From the IMG/VR virus record IMGVR_UViG_3300035105_000087, positions 1 to 35,603 of that record: DNA of 35,603 bases. One strand, 5' to 3'. The position numbers and the translations under genes were made by a program. Numbering within the stretch: position 1 is the stretch's first letter; the number at the start of each line of letters is the position of its first letter. The stretch comes from a virus (Duplodnaviria; Caudoviricetes). Below, piece by piece: positions 26,344 through 35,474 of the stretch. Under the pieces are notes generated by a model. That model ran no database searches. It worked only from the letters and a program-made list of their open reading frames with translations, and was not told the origin of the DNA.

Positions 26344-27405
26344 TCAGTCCTCGACCTGAAAACGTTTGCGTTTCTCGCGTAAAACGTTCACCGCTTCGTT
26401 TCCAGTTGCCTCAGCACTGCTTGTTTTGCCTTCCGACCCGATGCTTGTAATATATGTTTTGTCTTTAGGTTTCGGTTTCGGTTTCTCGGAAGAAGGTTTT
26501 GACGGCTTCCCGCCCTCGCCAGGCTTGACGCCAAGCTCAGAGGCGGCAATCTTAACCGCAAGGTATGGTCCATTCGGATTCGCACCCAATCCGTATTCCT
26601 TGAGAACCTCCGCAGCTTTCGTGTTCAATTCCGAGCCTTCCTGGTCTGCGCCGGGAAATTCCTTTCCGGCGACTTCCAATGAATTGTTCCAGGAATCCAT
26701 GAACAGCTTTTGTGCCTCGGTAGTTTCTGCTTCGGCTGGTTTGGTCTGCTGGTTTTCCGATTTTCTTGCCTTGCGGTCCTGCTGTCGTTTTTCCCACTCC
26801 GCATGTTCGCGTTCGTGCTTGTCGATCGCTTTCTGGTATGCACGTTCCTTCTGAAAACGCTCCTTTGCCGGCAGAAGATCGAGTTCGTCCCAGTCGGGTT
26901 CCTCGACATCAAGTTTCGGCTCCGGGTCGTCCTGCGAACCTTCGAGACTTGAGAAGTCCCAATCAATTGGGTTTCCGTTCTCGTCACGCTTCAGGAACTG
27001 TTCGTATGGCTTCAGAAGACCTTGAAGTCGCTCCTGATTCTGTTTGAGCCGGTTCAACTCCGTGCGGGTCTCCTGAATGTACCTGTCCTTGTCGCGGATC
27101 TGCTTGTCGCGGGAATCGCCTGTCGGTTCTTCTTCCTCGTGTGTTTTGCCGTCATCCTTGGGGTCATCCTCATCGGCTCCCTTGTCAGCCGGCTTCGTTT
27201 CGTCATCTGGCCTCGGGTCGTCCTTCTGCGTCTTTTTTGAAGGCTCCTTGACCTCAGACTTGGAAATACGATTGTGCTCGTCAGTCACGTCCGTCGCGGA
27301 GTCATACCGCCCTCTGGAGGCGCGAAGCTTTTCGATGTCATTCGGCTTTTCAGGCGTGGTTTCATTCACATCGTTTTCCGGGTTGATGATTGTGGTCTCG
27401 GCCAT
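26344..27405 (-). CDS. Capsid scaffolding protein
   Basis: Acidic disordered N-terminus, coiled coils, between portal and capsid. Confidence 0.75.
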   Translation of the reverse strand: MAETTIINPENDVNETTPEKPNDIEKLRASRGRYDSATDVTDEHNRISKSEVKEPSKKTQKDDPRPDDETKPADKGADEDDPKDDGKTHEEEEPTGDSRDKQIRDKDRYIQETRTELNRLKQNQERLQGLLKPYEQFLKRDENGNPIDWDFSSLEGSQDDPEPKLDVEEPDWDELDLLPAKERFQKERAYQKAIDKHEREHAEWEKRQQDRKARKSENQQTKPAEAETTEAQKLFMDSWNNSLEVAGKEFPGADQEGSELNTKAAEVLKEYGLGANPNGPYLAVKIAASELGVKPGEGGKPSKPSSEKPKPKPKDKTYITSIGSEGKTSSAEATGNEAVNVLREKRKRFQVED

Positions 27406-27489
27406 TGTAGTGGCTCCTTTCGCACCGCTCCGTTTCCGGGTGGTCGGCGTCTATTAATGGTTACGGCTCCCTTTCGGGGTGATCCGATG

Positions 27490-27852
27490 TTACGTCCTGA
27501 ATCGTCCTCTGTCTTTCTGCTCCGGCTGGCGCTCGCCTCGGAGCAATTCAATATTCTTAAACACCTGCTGCAGCATTTTTTCAGCGCGGTCTCCTTCTTC
27601 GATCCGGGCATCGATCAGCCTCGAAAACTTGCGGGCCGCATTCCACTCGTAACGGGAGCGGATGCAGTCAAGATTATCTTCCAGAGACCTCTCAGTTTTT
27701 ACCACCAGGTCTCTGATCAGCTTCTCGTAATAGATGAACTCAGGATATTCCATGAGCTTCTTGAGTCCGTTCCGCATCATAACATCATCTTCGAGGCGGT
27801 CCTGCAACTTCAGCAGATCTTCTATCTGATCATTAGTTCGCGTATCGCTCAT
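27490..27852 (-). CDS. Helical hypothetical protein after portal
   Basis: ATGA overlap with portal; conserved gene position in podoviruses. Confidence 0.7.
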   Translation of the reverse strand: MSDTRTNDQIEDLLKLQDRLEDDVMMRNGLKKLMEYPEFIYYEKLIRDLVVKTERSLEDNLDCIRSRYEWNAARKFSRLIDARIEEGDRAEKMLQQVFKNIELLRGERQPEQKDRGRFRT

Positions 27853-29939
27853 TCCATGCCACCTGCCATTGGCGTAAATTCGTCTTCATCAGGTACAGGG
27901 CGCTCACCAGCGGCGGCCTCCATAGCCCCAACATTACGGTTCAGTTCCTGATCAAGTTCCTGCTGTTCTCGTGCGGCCTGCTGTTCCTGGAAAATCTCCT
28001 GCATCGCCTGTTTCTGCATATTTAGCATATACTGCTGGTACTCCTCGACGGTTGGAATCGATTTGTTTACGTCAACATCACCCATCGCAATCAAAACCTC
28101 CTTGATGAGGTTCCTGCGATAATGGGGATGATTCATGACCATATCTTCTTGTGATAGAAGCTTGTATTTATCCAATACCTTGATGAGCCGGATGCGCTTG
28201 TCGTCGTGCGTAGCCCTGACCGTCACGTTCAGGTCGTGGTCAAGCGCAATAAGGTTCTCCATCTCCAGGCCACCGGCTTTCGCACCCATGACCCGCGTTA
28301 CGAATTCCTTGATTTTCGGGTCGTCTCTGGCATCTTTGGTGAGCATCTGCTTCCATATTCGGTATCGCTGGTAGAAAATCTTTCGTATGGACTCGGCCAT
28401 GTTCTTTTTGTACATATCGCGAGATTTCGCGCCTTCCTCCAGCAACCTAATGAGCCCACCAAGAGTTTGGTCGGATTTCGTCTCCATACCAACCGCAGGA
28501 TTCGGCAGACCGAAACGCGCCTGAATACGCTCGATCAACTGTTGTTCTTCATGGTAACTGTCAGAATCGTAAGTTGTGACTTTCTCCGTGCGAATAGCAT
28601 CCTCGCCAATATCCTCAAGCTCATCCCATACCGAGTTTCCATCGTTGTGAATCGCCCGGTTGAATCCGATGTTTCGCCTGACGTATCGGGTTGGCCTCGC
28701 GAATCTCTCCCTGGTAATCGCACGCTCGTTTCTCAGGTGATCGACGTAGCCTTTATCATCGAAATTCATCTCGGCGACACCGATGTTTTCGACGCTTTTC
28801 TCGATGTCGAATTTGATCTTGCCGGCGACAATCGGGCACATACCGTGATCGTAGGGGAAGCGTTCCCAGCCCAGGATCTGTTTGGATTTCGGGTGGCATA
28901 GCACCACGACGTGTTCCTCGAGGCCGTCGTTGTCAACATCGTATTTCCCGAATACCAGACACAGCTTCAACTTCTTCGTGCGGTATTCGGTCTGTGACCA
29001 ATTCAGCGTTTGCTTTTTGACCTCGGACTCGTCAACCGCGGTCTCTTTGAACTGGTTCACATGGTCTTTTAGGTATGCTTTCGAGACCTTTTTGAGCAGG
29101 GTTTTCTGGTCCTCGTCGCCGGTCTTGAGCATCGTCATGATCTCGTTCGCCGTCTTGTGCAGTTCCAGGCCGACGTACCCGGTCTCAAACGCATCATCGA
29201 GGCTCTCGGCATCAGGAGACCAGAACACGCGCTTGCTGTGGACGCAGATGGTTCTCGGGCCGTACCGTTTCCATCGCCAGGTTTTTTCGGTCGTGGTTGA
29301 CCGCATGACATTCGGGAGGCGCATCAGGATCTCGTCAGCCTGCGGGGAAACTGGAATGGGCTGTTCGCCCTCAACGCTGACCGGCATCAGGTTCTCATCA
29401 ATCCCGGTGACGGGTACATCCGTCCCGTCCTCGCCAACCACGGAATATGAGTCGTACTCGATCTCGTGCCGCTCTTTGACCTTCTCCGCGAAAGTATACG
29501 CAAAGCTCGTCCCGAGACCAACCGCTTTGTAAACGTAACGATAAAGCTCCTCCCTAATTTCGTCGTTAGCGTTCGCATCCCAAGCCATCAGCGTCCTGCC
29601 TGATGCCTCGATTTGCTCTTTCTGCTCGTCGTCAGCACCGACAGCCTCGACGTCGATTGGCTCGTTGTAGTCAAAAAGGTCTTGCACCAGGCGAGGCGAA
29701 ATAGAATCGGCCATCGTCATGGTGACGTCCGATGAAAAATTCGGGGCGCCATCGTAGGGATCAGTTCGTTGGTATCTGAGCATCCTCAGATCCATCCCCC
29801 ATTTGTCCAGCTTGTCGTGGAAGGTATCGTGAACGTGCTTTATTCCGTCCTCGGCACACTGGACGAAATAATCGCCCATTTCATCCTCACTGAACTTGCG
29901 CTGAAAAATGCTTTCCTGACTGTTATCTGGATTTCCCAT
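27849..29939 (-). CDS. Portal protein (P22-like)
   Basis: 696 aa after TerL; DVDNDGLEE, PYDHG-x-x-P, T-x-GG-x-x-x-L motif, Q-rich C-terminal barrel. Confidence 0.88.
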   Translation of the reverse strand: MGNPDNSQESIFQRKFSEDEMGDYFVQCAEDGIKHVHDTFHDKLDKWGMDLRMLRYQRTDPYDGAPNFSSDVTMTMADSISPRLVQDLFDYNEPIDVEAVGADDEQKEQIEASGRTLMAWDANANDEIREELYRYVYKAVGLGTSFAYTFAEKVKERHEIEYDSYSVVGEDGTDVPVTGIDENLMPVSVEGEQPIPVSPQADEILMRLPNVMRSTTTEKTWRWKRYGPRTICVHSKRVFWSPDAESLDDAFETGYVGLELHKTANEIMTMLKTGDEDQKTLLKKVSKAYLKDHVNQFKETAVDESEVKKQTLNWSQTEYRTKKLKLCLVFGKYDVDNDGLEEHVVVLCHPKSKQILGWERFPYDHGMCPIVAGKIKFDIEKSVENIGVAEMNFDDKGYVDHLRNERAITRERFARPTRYVRRNIGFNRAIHNDGNSVWDELEDIGEDAIRTEKVTTYDSDSYHEEQQLIERIQARFGLPNPAVGMETKSDQTLGGLIRLLEEGAKSRDMYKKNMAESIRKIFYQRYRIWKQMLTKDARDDPKIKEFVTRVMGAKAGGLEMENLIALDHDLNVTVRATHDDKRIRLIKVLDKYKLLSQEDMVMNHPHYRRNLIKEVLIAMGDVDVNKSIPTVEEYQQYMLNMQKQAMQEIFQEQQAAREQQELDQELNRNVGAMEAAAGERPVPDEDEFTPMAGGME

Positions 29940-30100
29940 TTGTCACCGACTATGCCGTTTACGGTCCGCGTTTACGGCCTTTTTACCATCTCGGCTCCGC
30001 CTACAACTCATCGATCCGATAATTTCGTCCTGAGCGCGTTTCCAGTCAGGGACGTCACCACCAGGGGGGATTTTTCTAGGTTTTGGCCGGCTCATCTTTT

Positions 30101-31510
30101 TCATGCGATGCTCCTCTCCCTGGGTCGGAATCGTCCGACCTTCTGGGCGTGTGATGGTTCTCGTTCTTTGTATCCGTCGATATGTTTCGTCGCGTTGAAG
30201 TCAAAACTCGGGAACCGCCTGGTCTGCGTGAACCCCATCATGAGGGCTGCCGCGCAGTCGGGACTCGGGATCTTCTGCTTGCGATACCATTCCTTGTCAA
30301 GGATAATTCGCTGTCCGGTAGACCTGTGGGTGAATCGGATCGCTGTCAAATCGTCCATTTGCTCTTGGCCCTCGTCGCCATCCTCATCCGGGATCAGGTC
30401 AACGAATCCCTTGTCCATCTCGTCGCGAAGATATGCGTAATCCTCATCTCGGTTGTATAAATATGAATCTGATTTAATCCGCCTAACCTTGTAGGGCACA
30501 ATGATCGTTTTGCCGGGCCCGCTCGACATCTGCTCCGAAACGCGCCAGTACACGCCATCGCCGTTGCCCTGGGAGTCCAGCACGAAAACCGATGGCCGGA
30601 ACAGCCGCAAATACTCCATTGACAGTCCAGACAATTCCATGAGGTTTTTTTGGCGGTAGATTTTGAGCAGGGTCTGTTTCCATCCTCCACGCGCCCGCTG
30701 TAGCAATCCAAAAACAGCCCTGTCGGGGTTCTCTCCATAGCTTGCCACGTCCAGGTACAGCACAGAGGGGCCGTCATCGAGGAGCGCTAGGTCCAGGTCA
30801 TACGACCGCCGAAGCACTTGGTACGGGTACAAGAGATCGCCCGTGTCGTCGTCCTCATGGCTGTTCAGGACCATGCGCCTGTAGTGCGCCGGCGCACGGT
30901 CTTTCCGGGCCTCCTGGTCTCGTATGAACGCCTCAGGCAGATTCTCGGCGTTGTCGAAGGTCGTTGCCTGCCATACCCGAAAATCCTCACTCGGAGGGAA
31001 TTTGATCCAGTTTTTCCATACCCAATTGTGACCGCATGCATTGGCGATGACCCAGCCGGATGCATATGGTACCTGACGCCGGAGCCGATCGCACAAAAAC
31101 TCAAACTGTGTCGAGTCCGGGAACTCCTCGCCCTGTTCCATATAGAACCATCCAAGATTTATGTTTTTTAACGTATCCACTTCGGACCCGTGGCGAAACA
31201 TGATAACCGAGCCGTTTGGTAGCTCGACCTGTTTTTTGCTCTCGTTGATGCGGTACTGCGGGAAATAGCTGCGAAAATCCTGCATGGTCGAATCTCGGAG
31301 GTCGGTGTAGTCCATCCTGACGATGCACCCAAGATTTCGTGGATATATCTCCGATAGTCGCACGCCGCGTATGATGCCGCACATAGTTTTCCCTGTCCCG
31401 ATGCCTGCGACAAGCGCCGGATACCTGACGATCGAGTCCAAAAACTCGATCTGATATGGCCGAAGCGTTTTAATCCTGTCGTCAAGCACCGTCATCATCC
31501 CGGTTGTCAT
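30101..31510 (-). CDS. terL: Terminase large subunit
   Basis: PYQ, Walker A AGIGTGKT, LPNGSVIMF, TFDN-x-x-NLP, nuclease LDVA-x-x-G and SPD; start approximate. Confidence 0.93.
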   Translation of the reverse strand: MTTGMMTVLDDRIKTLRPYQIEFLDSIVRYPALVAGIGTGKTMCGIIRGVRLSEIYPRNLGCIVRMDYTDLRDSTMQDFRSYFPQYRINESKKQVELPNGSVIMFRHGSEVDTLKNINLGWFYMEQGEEFPDSTQFEFLCDRLRRQVPYASGWVIANACGHNWVWKNWIKFPPSEDFRVWQATTFDNAENLPEAFIRDQEARKDRAPAHYRRMVLNSHEDDDTGDLLYPYQVLRRSYDLDLALLDDGPSVLYLDVASYGENPDRAVFGLLQRARGGWKQTLLKIYRQKNLMELSGLSMEYLRLFRPSVFVLDSQGNGDGVYWRVSEQMSSGPGKTIIVPYKVRRIKSDSYLYNRDEDYAYLRDEMDKGFVDLIPDEDGDEGQEQMDDLTAIRFTHRSTGQRIILDKEWYRKQKIPSPDCAAALMMGFTQTRRFPSFDFNATKHIDGYKEREPSHAQKVGRFRPRERSIA

Positions 31511-31991
31511 CGACACCATCCCCTGTCCCAAGAAGCGCACCCTGTGGCGGACCCTGTGGCGGACCCTCCACGGTACTCCCACCGGCCTGCCTGGGGTAAC
31601 TGTCCGACATCAATCCCTGTGGCTGGTAGCCGTTGATCTGTATCACCAGGGGCCGTGTAGCCTCACCGCCGACATGCTCAGAGCGCAACGAAAACTCGTC
31701 ACGGTTGACGCGCTCAAGATATTTTAAAGCCAGGTCGATATTTTCCGTCCCGTTTTTCGCCGCGCGTTTGAGCGCTTTGTCTAAAGCGATTTTGGCGTTG
31801 ATGCTGGGCGTCCCGCGTAGCTGGGCGATGCGGTCGTGGAATGGATGCCCCCTGGGATAGCGCTTCCAAAATGCGCTGCTCGATATACCTGCGATTTTAC
31901 AGGCCTCTGTGATGTTGCAGTTCATCGAGAATGCGTAACTCAAGCTTAGCTTTATCGGATCGACCGTTTTAACTTTTCTGACCTTAGGCAT
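31482..31991 (-). CDS. terS: Terminase small subunit
   Basis: HTH NITEACKIAGIS, ALKYLER...EFS motif, upstream of TerL. Confidence 0.85.
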   Translation of the reverse strand: MPKVRKVKTVDPIKLSLSYAFSMNCNITEACKIAGISSSAFWKRYPRGHPFHDRIAQLRGTPSINAKIALDKALKRAAKNGTENIDLALKYLERVNRDEFSLRSEHVGGEATRPLVIQINGYQPQGLMSDSYPRQAGGSTVEGPPQGPPQGALLGTGDGVDDNRDDDGA

Positions 31992-32297
31992 GGTGCATAC
32001 AGAATACAGCTATTTTTTTTACATGTTCCGAAAACTCCGTTTTTTGACCCATTCTAGTCACGCCTATCACCAAACATCATCAGGCCCGAAGTAATCCCCG
32101 GTTTCCGGCTCAATCCACCGCCCTCACCCCACTTCCAGTATGCACATAGCATATACGATATACGCCCCTCTCGTTGCCATTCCTACCATGTAACTCGTTA
32201 TCGTCAATTTACGCAGGTATTTATGTTGCAACCGCAGACATTTACGTAGATTTGGGACCACAGGAATATTTTTACACGGCGTCGTAATAGACTGTAT

Positions 32298-32339
32298 TGC
32301 AACGCGTTGCATAAATCACAGTTGCTTGTGTGTTATACT
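32298..32339 (+). promoter_or_regulatory. Extended -10 promoter with upstream palindrome (divergent early promoter)
   Basis: TGtTATACT at 32331-32339; perfect palindrome TGCAACGCGTTGCA at 32298-32311; GTTGCAAC at 32226-32233. Confidence 0.55.
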
Positions 32340-32379
32340 GGAGACAGAAGCAAAAAAAATAAAAAAGGAGGGAGAAAAG

Positions 32380-32544
32380 ATGAGCGCAAAATCCATGAGA
32401 GACGCCCTATGGTGCATTGCCAACATGCAAGTCACTACGGAAACCGATACATCCGAGGTTCTGGCATTGTGCATGTCCATCGCTCGAATAGAACTGGAAA
32501 AATTTTCAGCGGAAGGTGATCAGGAACCGGGAAACAACGTGTAA
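32380..32544 (+). CDS. 54-aa hypothetical protein
   Basis: AAGGAGG RBS, first gene after promoter. Confidence 0.7.
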   Translation: MSAKSMRDALWCIANMQVTTETDTSEVLALCMSIARIELEKFSAEGDQEPGNNV

Positions 32545-32547
32545 CCC

Positions 32548-32602
32548 TTTCCCCGCAGGGTTGGACTCCCTGCGGCACCTAGACCGGCGGCGCGCCGGGG
32601 GA
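32548..32602 (+). repeat. 55-bp intergenic structured repeat, copy 1
   Basis: Identical to 33966-34020; hairpins CCGCAGGG/CCCTGCGG and CCGGCG/CGCCGG. Confidence 0.9.
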
Positions 32603-32638
32603 GTGGAAAACCAAAAACGAAATGGAGGAAAAAAGAAA

Positions 32639-33067
32639 ATGAAAATCGGTGATAAACGTTATGGCGTTGACGGGAAAAAAATCCGAACGGGGATCGTTGT
32701 GGAGGTTCCCGGGTTTGGGCTAGGTGTAGATTGGGGTTGGGACCATTTCTCTGGTAGGCCTGCAATAAATTTGAATCTTGGCTATGCAGATATAAAACAG
32801 GCCGAAATTGAGCTAGAACGTCAAAATAGGGAATTTGATGTTTGGCGAAAAAAACGAAATATTGAATTAAAAAACAGGGAAATTAAACGCAAAAAACTCG
32901 AAACAAAACAAAAAAAATGCCTCCACAAAAATACCTACTGGGGCAAAACACACGAGGATATTGAAGCCGATCGATACATCGGCGGTATAAACGAAACGCT
33001 GTTCTGTGCGTATTGCGGTATGTGTTTGGACGTGGAAGCGCGGGAGGTCATGGCATGGGAAATGTAA
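32639..33067 (+). CDS. Hypothetical protein (beta N-domain, coiled coil, C-x-H...C-x-x-C)
   Basis: GGAGG RBS before ATG at 32639. Confidence 0.75.
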   Translation: MKIGDKRYGVDGKKIRTGIVVEVPGFGLGVDWGWDHFSGRPAINLNLGYADIKQAEIELERQNREFDVWRKKRNIELKNREIKRKKLETKQKKCLHKNTYWGKTHEDIEADRYIGGINETLFCAYCGMCLDVEAREVMAWEM

Positions 33068-33100
33068 TGGACTCAAAAAAAATGAAGGTGTTTTAAAAAA

Positions 33101-33226
33101 ATGGAGATTTATATTTTTAAAACGAAAAACGGGTTTTTTAAAAAATTTCGTTTTCAACATCGATGCGCTTATCGAGACCAGGGACGCCGAGTGGATCGCG
33201 TGTGCGGCGCGTCAGCTTCCCGTTAG
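33101..33226 (+). pseudogene. Chimeric remnant: MEIYIFKTKNGFFKKFRFQ head joined out of frame to one helical-repeat unit
   Basis: 5' part matches 35256 onward; 33171-33191 identical to 35075-35095. Confidence 0.6.
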
Positions 33227-33242
33227 CTGTACTGGAGGCAAT

Positions 33243-33596
33243 ATGCCGACAATGCTCGGGAAAGAATATTTCACGATGTGGGAATGCACGAAGTGCGGAG
33301 CGGTTCATCGTGAACAAGGCCGCCATAAGTTCACACTGGCCGTTGAAATTCCACCGATGGAGGATGGTGGATGCGGTTACTCTTGTCCGTTTTTGCACAG
33401 TGATGACGACGGAGAATACTGTTGCGAGGGTCACGGTTTAGATGTTGGCGACGGAGTGAAAATTAAACCTGGGCCAGGGTGCCCGAGATGGACGGAGGGA
33501 CCATGCAAACAATCAAATTCTGGTTCTATTACATATTGGCAAGAATGCGCGGAATCGGACGAACATACAATTATATGCCGAAGGGGTCAGGTGTGA
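33243..33596 (+). CDS. Cys-rich zinc-finger hypothetical protein
   Basis: GGAGG RBS; WECTKCG, C-x-x-x-CPF, CC, PGPGCP. Confidence 0.7.
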   Translation: MPTMLGKEYFTMWECTKCGAVHREQGRHKFTLAVEIPPMEDGGCGYSCPFLHSDDDGEYCCEGHGLDVGDGVKIKPGPGCPRWTEGPCKQSNSGSITYWQECAESDEHTIICRRGQV

Positions 33597-33703
33597 GTTG
33601 TGGAATCAATAAAATCAATGAAATCAGAACGATGTTTTTCAGGCATGGATGGGTTCCGTTCTGTGTTACCAGGAACGGAAGCTCTTATGTGTGCAACAGC
33701 TAA
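33503..33703 (+). CDS. Hypothetical protein
   Basis: GGAGGG RBS before ATG 33503; overlaps previous ORF. Confidence 0.5.
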   Translation: MQTIKFWFYYILARMRGIGRTYNYMPKGSGVSCGINKINEIRTMFFRHGWVPFCVTRNGSSYVCNS

Positions 33704-33748
33704 CAACGCCATCAACACGGATGCGGCCAAATAGCGGCCGCACCGGTT

Positions 33749-33964
33749 ATGGCTATCGATAGCCGCTACGATCCACGCATGCTCGATGCGCTTATCGATA
33801 CCGGGGACATCTGGTGGATCGTATGGGCGGCGTGTGAGCTCCCCGATAGCCGCTATGATCCCCGATTGCTCGATGCAGTTATAAAAACCGGGGACGTCGG
33901 GTGGGTCAAATGGGCTGAACATTGGCTCCCCGATGAACGAAAAGCGAAACTCGAAACGCTCTGA
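33749..33964 (+). CDS. 29-aa helical-repeat protein, headless/truncated copy
   Basis: Two DSRYDPR-x-LDA-x-I-x-TGD units plus capping helix; lacks MIRFY head and clear RBS. Confidence 0.55.
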   Translation: MAIDSRYDPRMLDALIDTGDIWWIVWAACELPDSRYDPRLLDAVIKTGDVGWVKWAEHWLPDERKAKLETL

Positions 33965-33965
33965 A

Positions 33966-34020
33966 TTTCCCCGCAGGGTTGGACTCCCTGCGGCACCTAG
34001 ACCGGCGGCGCGCCGGGGGA
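33966..34020 (+). repeat. 55-bp intergenic structured repeat, copy 2
   Basis: Identical to 32548-32602, again just after a stop codon. Confidence 0.9.
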
Positions 34021-34072
34021 ACTCAAACTGAAAAAAGGATGGATTGAGCAATCAACCGATGAGGTGGAAGAC

Positions 34073-34294
34073 ATGACCAGTCTCTATACAATGGCGCAGA
34101 TTGCGCCGAACACACCCGTAAAAATACGCGGGCTGACCGGAACGGTGGTCTCCCATGCCTGGGAGACATCCATGAATCTCGATCAGTATATCCTCTACGT
34201 CGTGGAGCTTGATCGCCCAATATGGCGTAGGGGTGTGGAAATCGCTAGGATCGCGGTACCGCTACGCGATCTTGAGGTTTTGCCCACACAGTAA
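34073..34294 (+). CDS. Small beta-barrel (SH3/KOW-like) hypothetical protein
   Basis: VKIRGLTGTVV...YVVELD...V-x-x-x-DLEVL; GAGG RBS. Confidence 0.65.
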   Translation: MTSLYTMAQIAPNTPVKIRGLTGTVVSHAWETSMNLDQYILYVVELDRPIWRRGVEIARIAVPLRDLEVLPTQ

Positions 34295-34376
34295 ACGCGC
34301 TTTGCGTTGGCGGATCCATGTGGGGGCCGGCTCGCAACCCGGCGGCACCCCGGGGAAACAAATGAAGGGATGGAAA

Positions 34377-34784
34377 ATGATTAGATTTTATTTATCGGAT
34401 TTGAAGGAATGGCGCGCCTGCCCTGATGGGGACGCCGAGGAGATCAAATGGGCGGCGTGTGAGCTCCCCGATAGTCGCTACGACTCCCGCTTGATTGACG
34501 CCCTGATCGATACCGGGGATGCAGGGTGGCTCGCGCGGGCGGCGTGTCGTCTCCCCGATGACCGCTATGACTCGCGCCTCATTGACGCGCTAATCGAGAT
34601 CGGGGACGCCTGGTTGATCGCGTGTGCGTCGTGTCAGATCCCCGATAGCCGCTACGATCCCCGCCTCATCGACGCCCTGATTGATACCGGGGACGTCGGG
34701 TGGGTCAAATGGGCTGCGCGCTACCTCCCCAGCGACCGCAGAGCGGAATTGAACAAAAAACTCAAAAGAGGATGCAAAAAATGA
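34377..34784 (+). CDS. 29-aa helical-repeat protein, copy with shortened head
   Basis: MIRFYLSDLKEWRAC then LPD-x-RYD-x-RLIDALI-x-x-GD repeats. Confidence 0.8.
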   Translation: MIRFYLSDLKEWRACPDGDAEEIKWAACELPDSRYDSRLIDALIDTGDAGWLARAACRLPDDRYDSRLIDALIEIGDAWLIACASCQIPDSRYDPRLIDALIDTGDVGWVKWAARYLPSDRRAELNKKLKRGCKK

Positions 34785-35254
34785 TCAGATTTTATTTATC
34801 AGATTTGAAGGAATGGCGCGCCTGCTCCAACGGGTACGCCTGGGCAGAGAGTATAGCGCGGGCCCGGGGACGTGATTACGTCGTCACGGAGGATTTTGAT
34901 CGTGCTGATTGGCTGGCGTGGTGTTGTCACATGGCGGCGTGTTGGCTCCCCGATAGCAGATATACTCCCCGCCTCATCGACGCCCTGATTAATACCGGGC
35001 ACGCCGGGTGGATCAAATGGACGGCGTGTTGGCTCCCCGACGACCGTTACGATCCGCGCCTCATTGATGCGTTGATCGAGACCAGGGACGCCGAGGAGAT
35101 TGCAATGGCGGCGCGCGACCTTCCCGACAACCGCTATGATTCCAAGCTCATTGATGCGCTGATTGAGACAAAAAACGATAGGTGGCTCGCGTGGGCGGCG
35201 CGCTATCTCCCCAGCAACCGTAGAGAGGAACTCAACCGGAAACTTGAGGAATAA
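34781..35254 (+). CDS. 29-aa helical-repeat protein, full head + three repeats
   Basis: MIRFYLSDLKEWRACSNGYAWAE...DRADWLAW head; ATGA overlap. Confidence 0.85.
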   Translation: MIRFYLSDLKEWRACSNGYAWAESIARARGRDYVVTEDFDRADWLAWCCHMAACWLPDSRYTPRLIDALINTGHAGWIKWTACWLPDDRYDPRLIDALIETRDAEEIAMAARDLPDNRYDSKLIDALIETKNDRWLAWAARYLPSNRREELNRKLEE

Positions 35255-35255
35255 A

Positions 35256-35474
35256 ATGGAAATATACGTTTTTAAAACGAAAAACGGATTTTTTAAAAAA
35301 TTCCGTTTCCAACGGTCGTGTTCTGGCAAATCACGATTCGTAACAGGTAAAATTTTAAAATTTTCATTTTTGATTTGTTGGAGAACTGATGGCGGGGTAA
35401 TACCAAAACTATGCCGGGGGCTTCCCGGGGGAGCAAAACGAGAACAAAAACGGATGGAGACATGCAAAAAATGA
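35256..35474 (+). CDS. Basic hypothetical protein (MEIYVFKTKNG family)
   Basis: GAGGA RBS; paralog head at 33101; stop overlaps next start. Confidence 0.6.
   Translation: MEIYVFKTKNGFFKKFRFQRSCSGKSRFVTGKILKFSFLICWRTDGGVIPKLCRGLPGGAKREQKRMETCKK

Noticed and set aside
31540-31567. 12-bp tandem repeat as a regulatory or pac element
   Set aside because: Only about two copies encoding GPPQ in the disordered TerS tail; no further support
6950-31860. Numerous plus-strand ORFs in the ORF track (e.g. 24707-25528, 28206-28901)
   Set aside because: Antisense shadows of well-supported minus-strand genes, no RBS or recognisable motifs
32548-32602. tRNA gene or attP tRNA fragment
   Set aside because: Only a T-arm-like hairpin; no D-arm, anticodon arm or acceptor stem, and no integrase visible
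32548-35254. CRISPR array
   Set aside because: 55-bp repeat has only two copies 1.4 kb apart; 87-bp repeats are in-frame coding units without spacers; no cas genes
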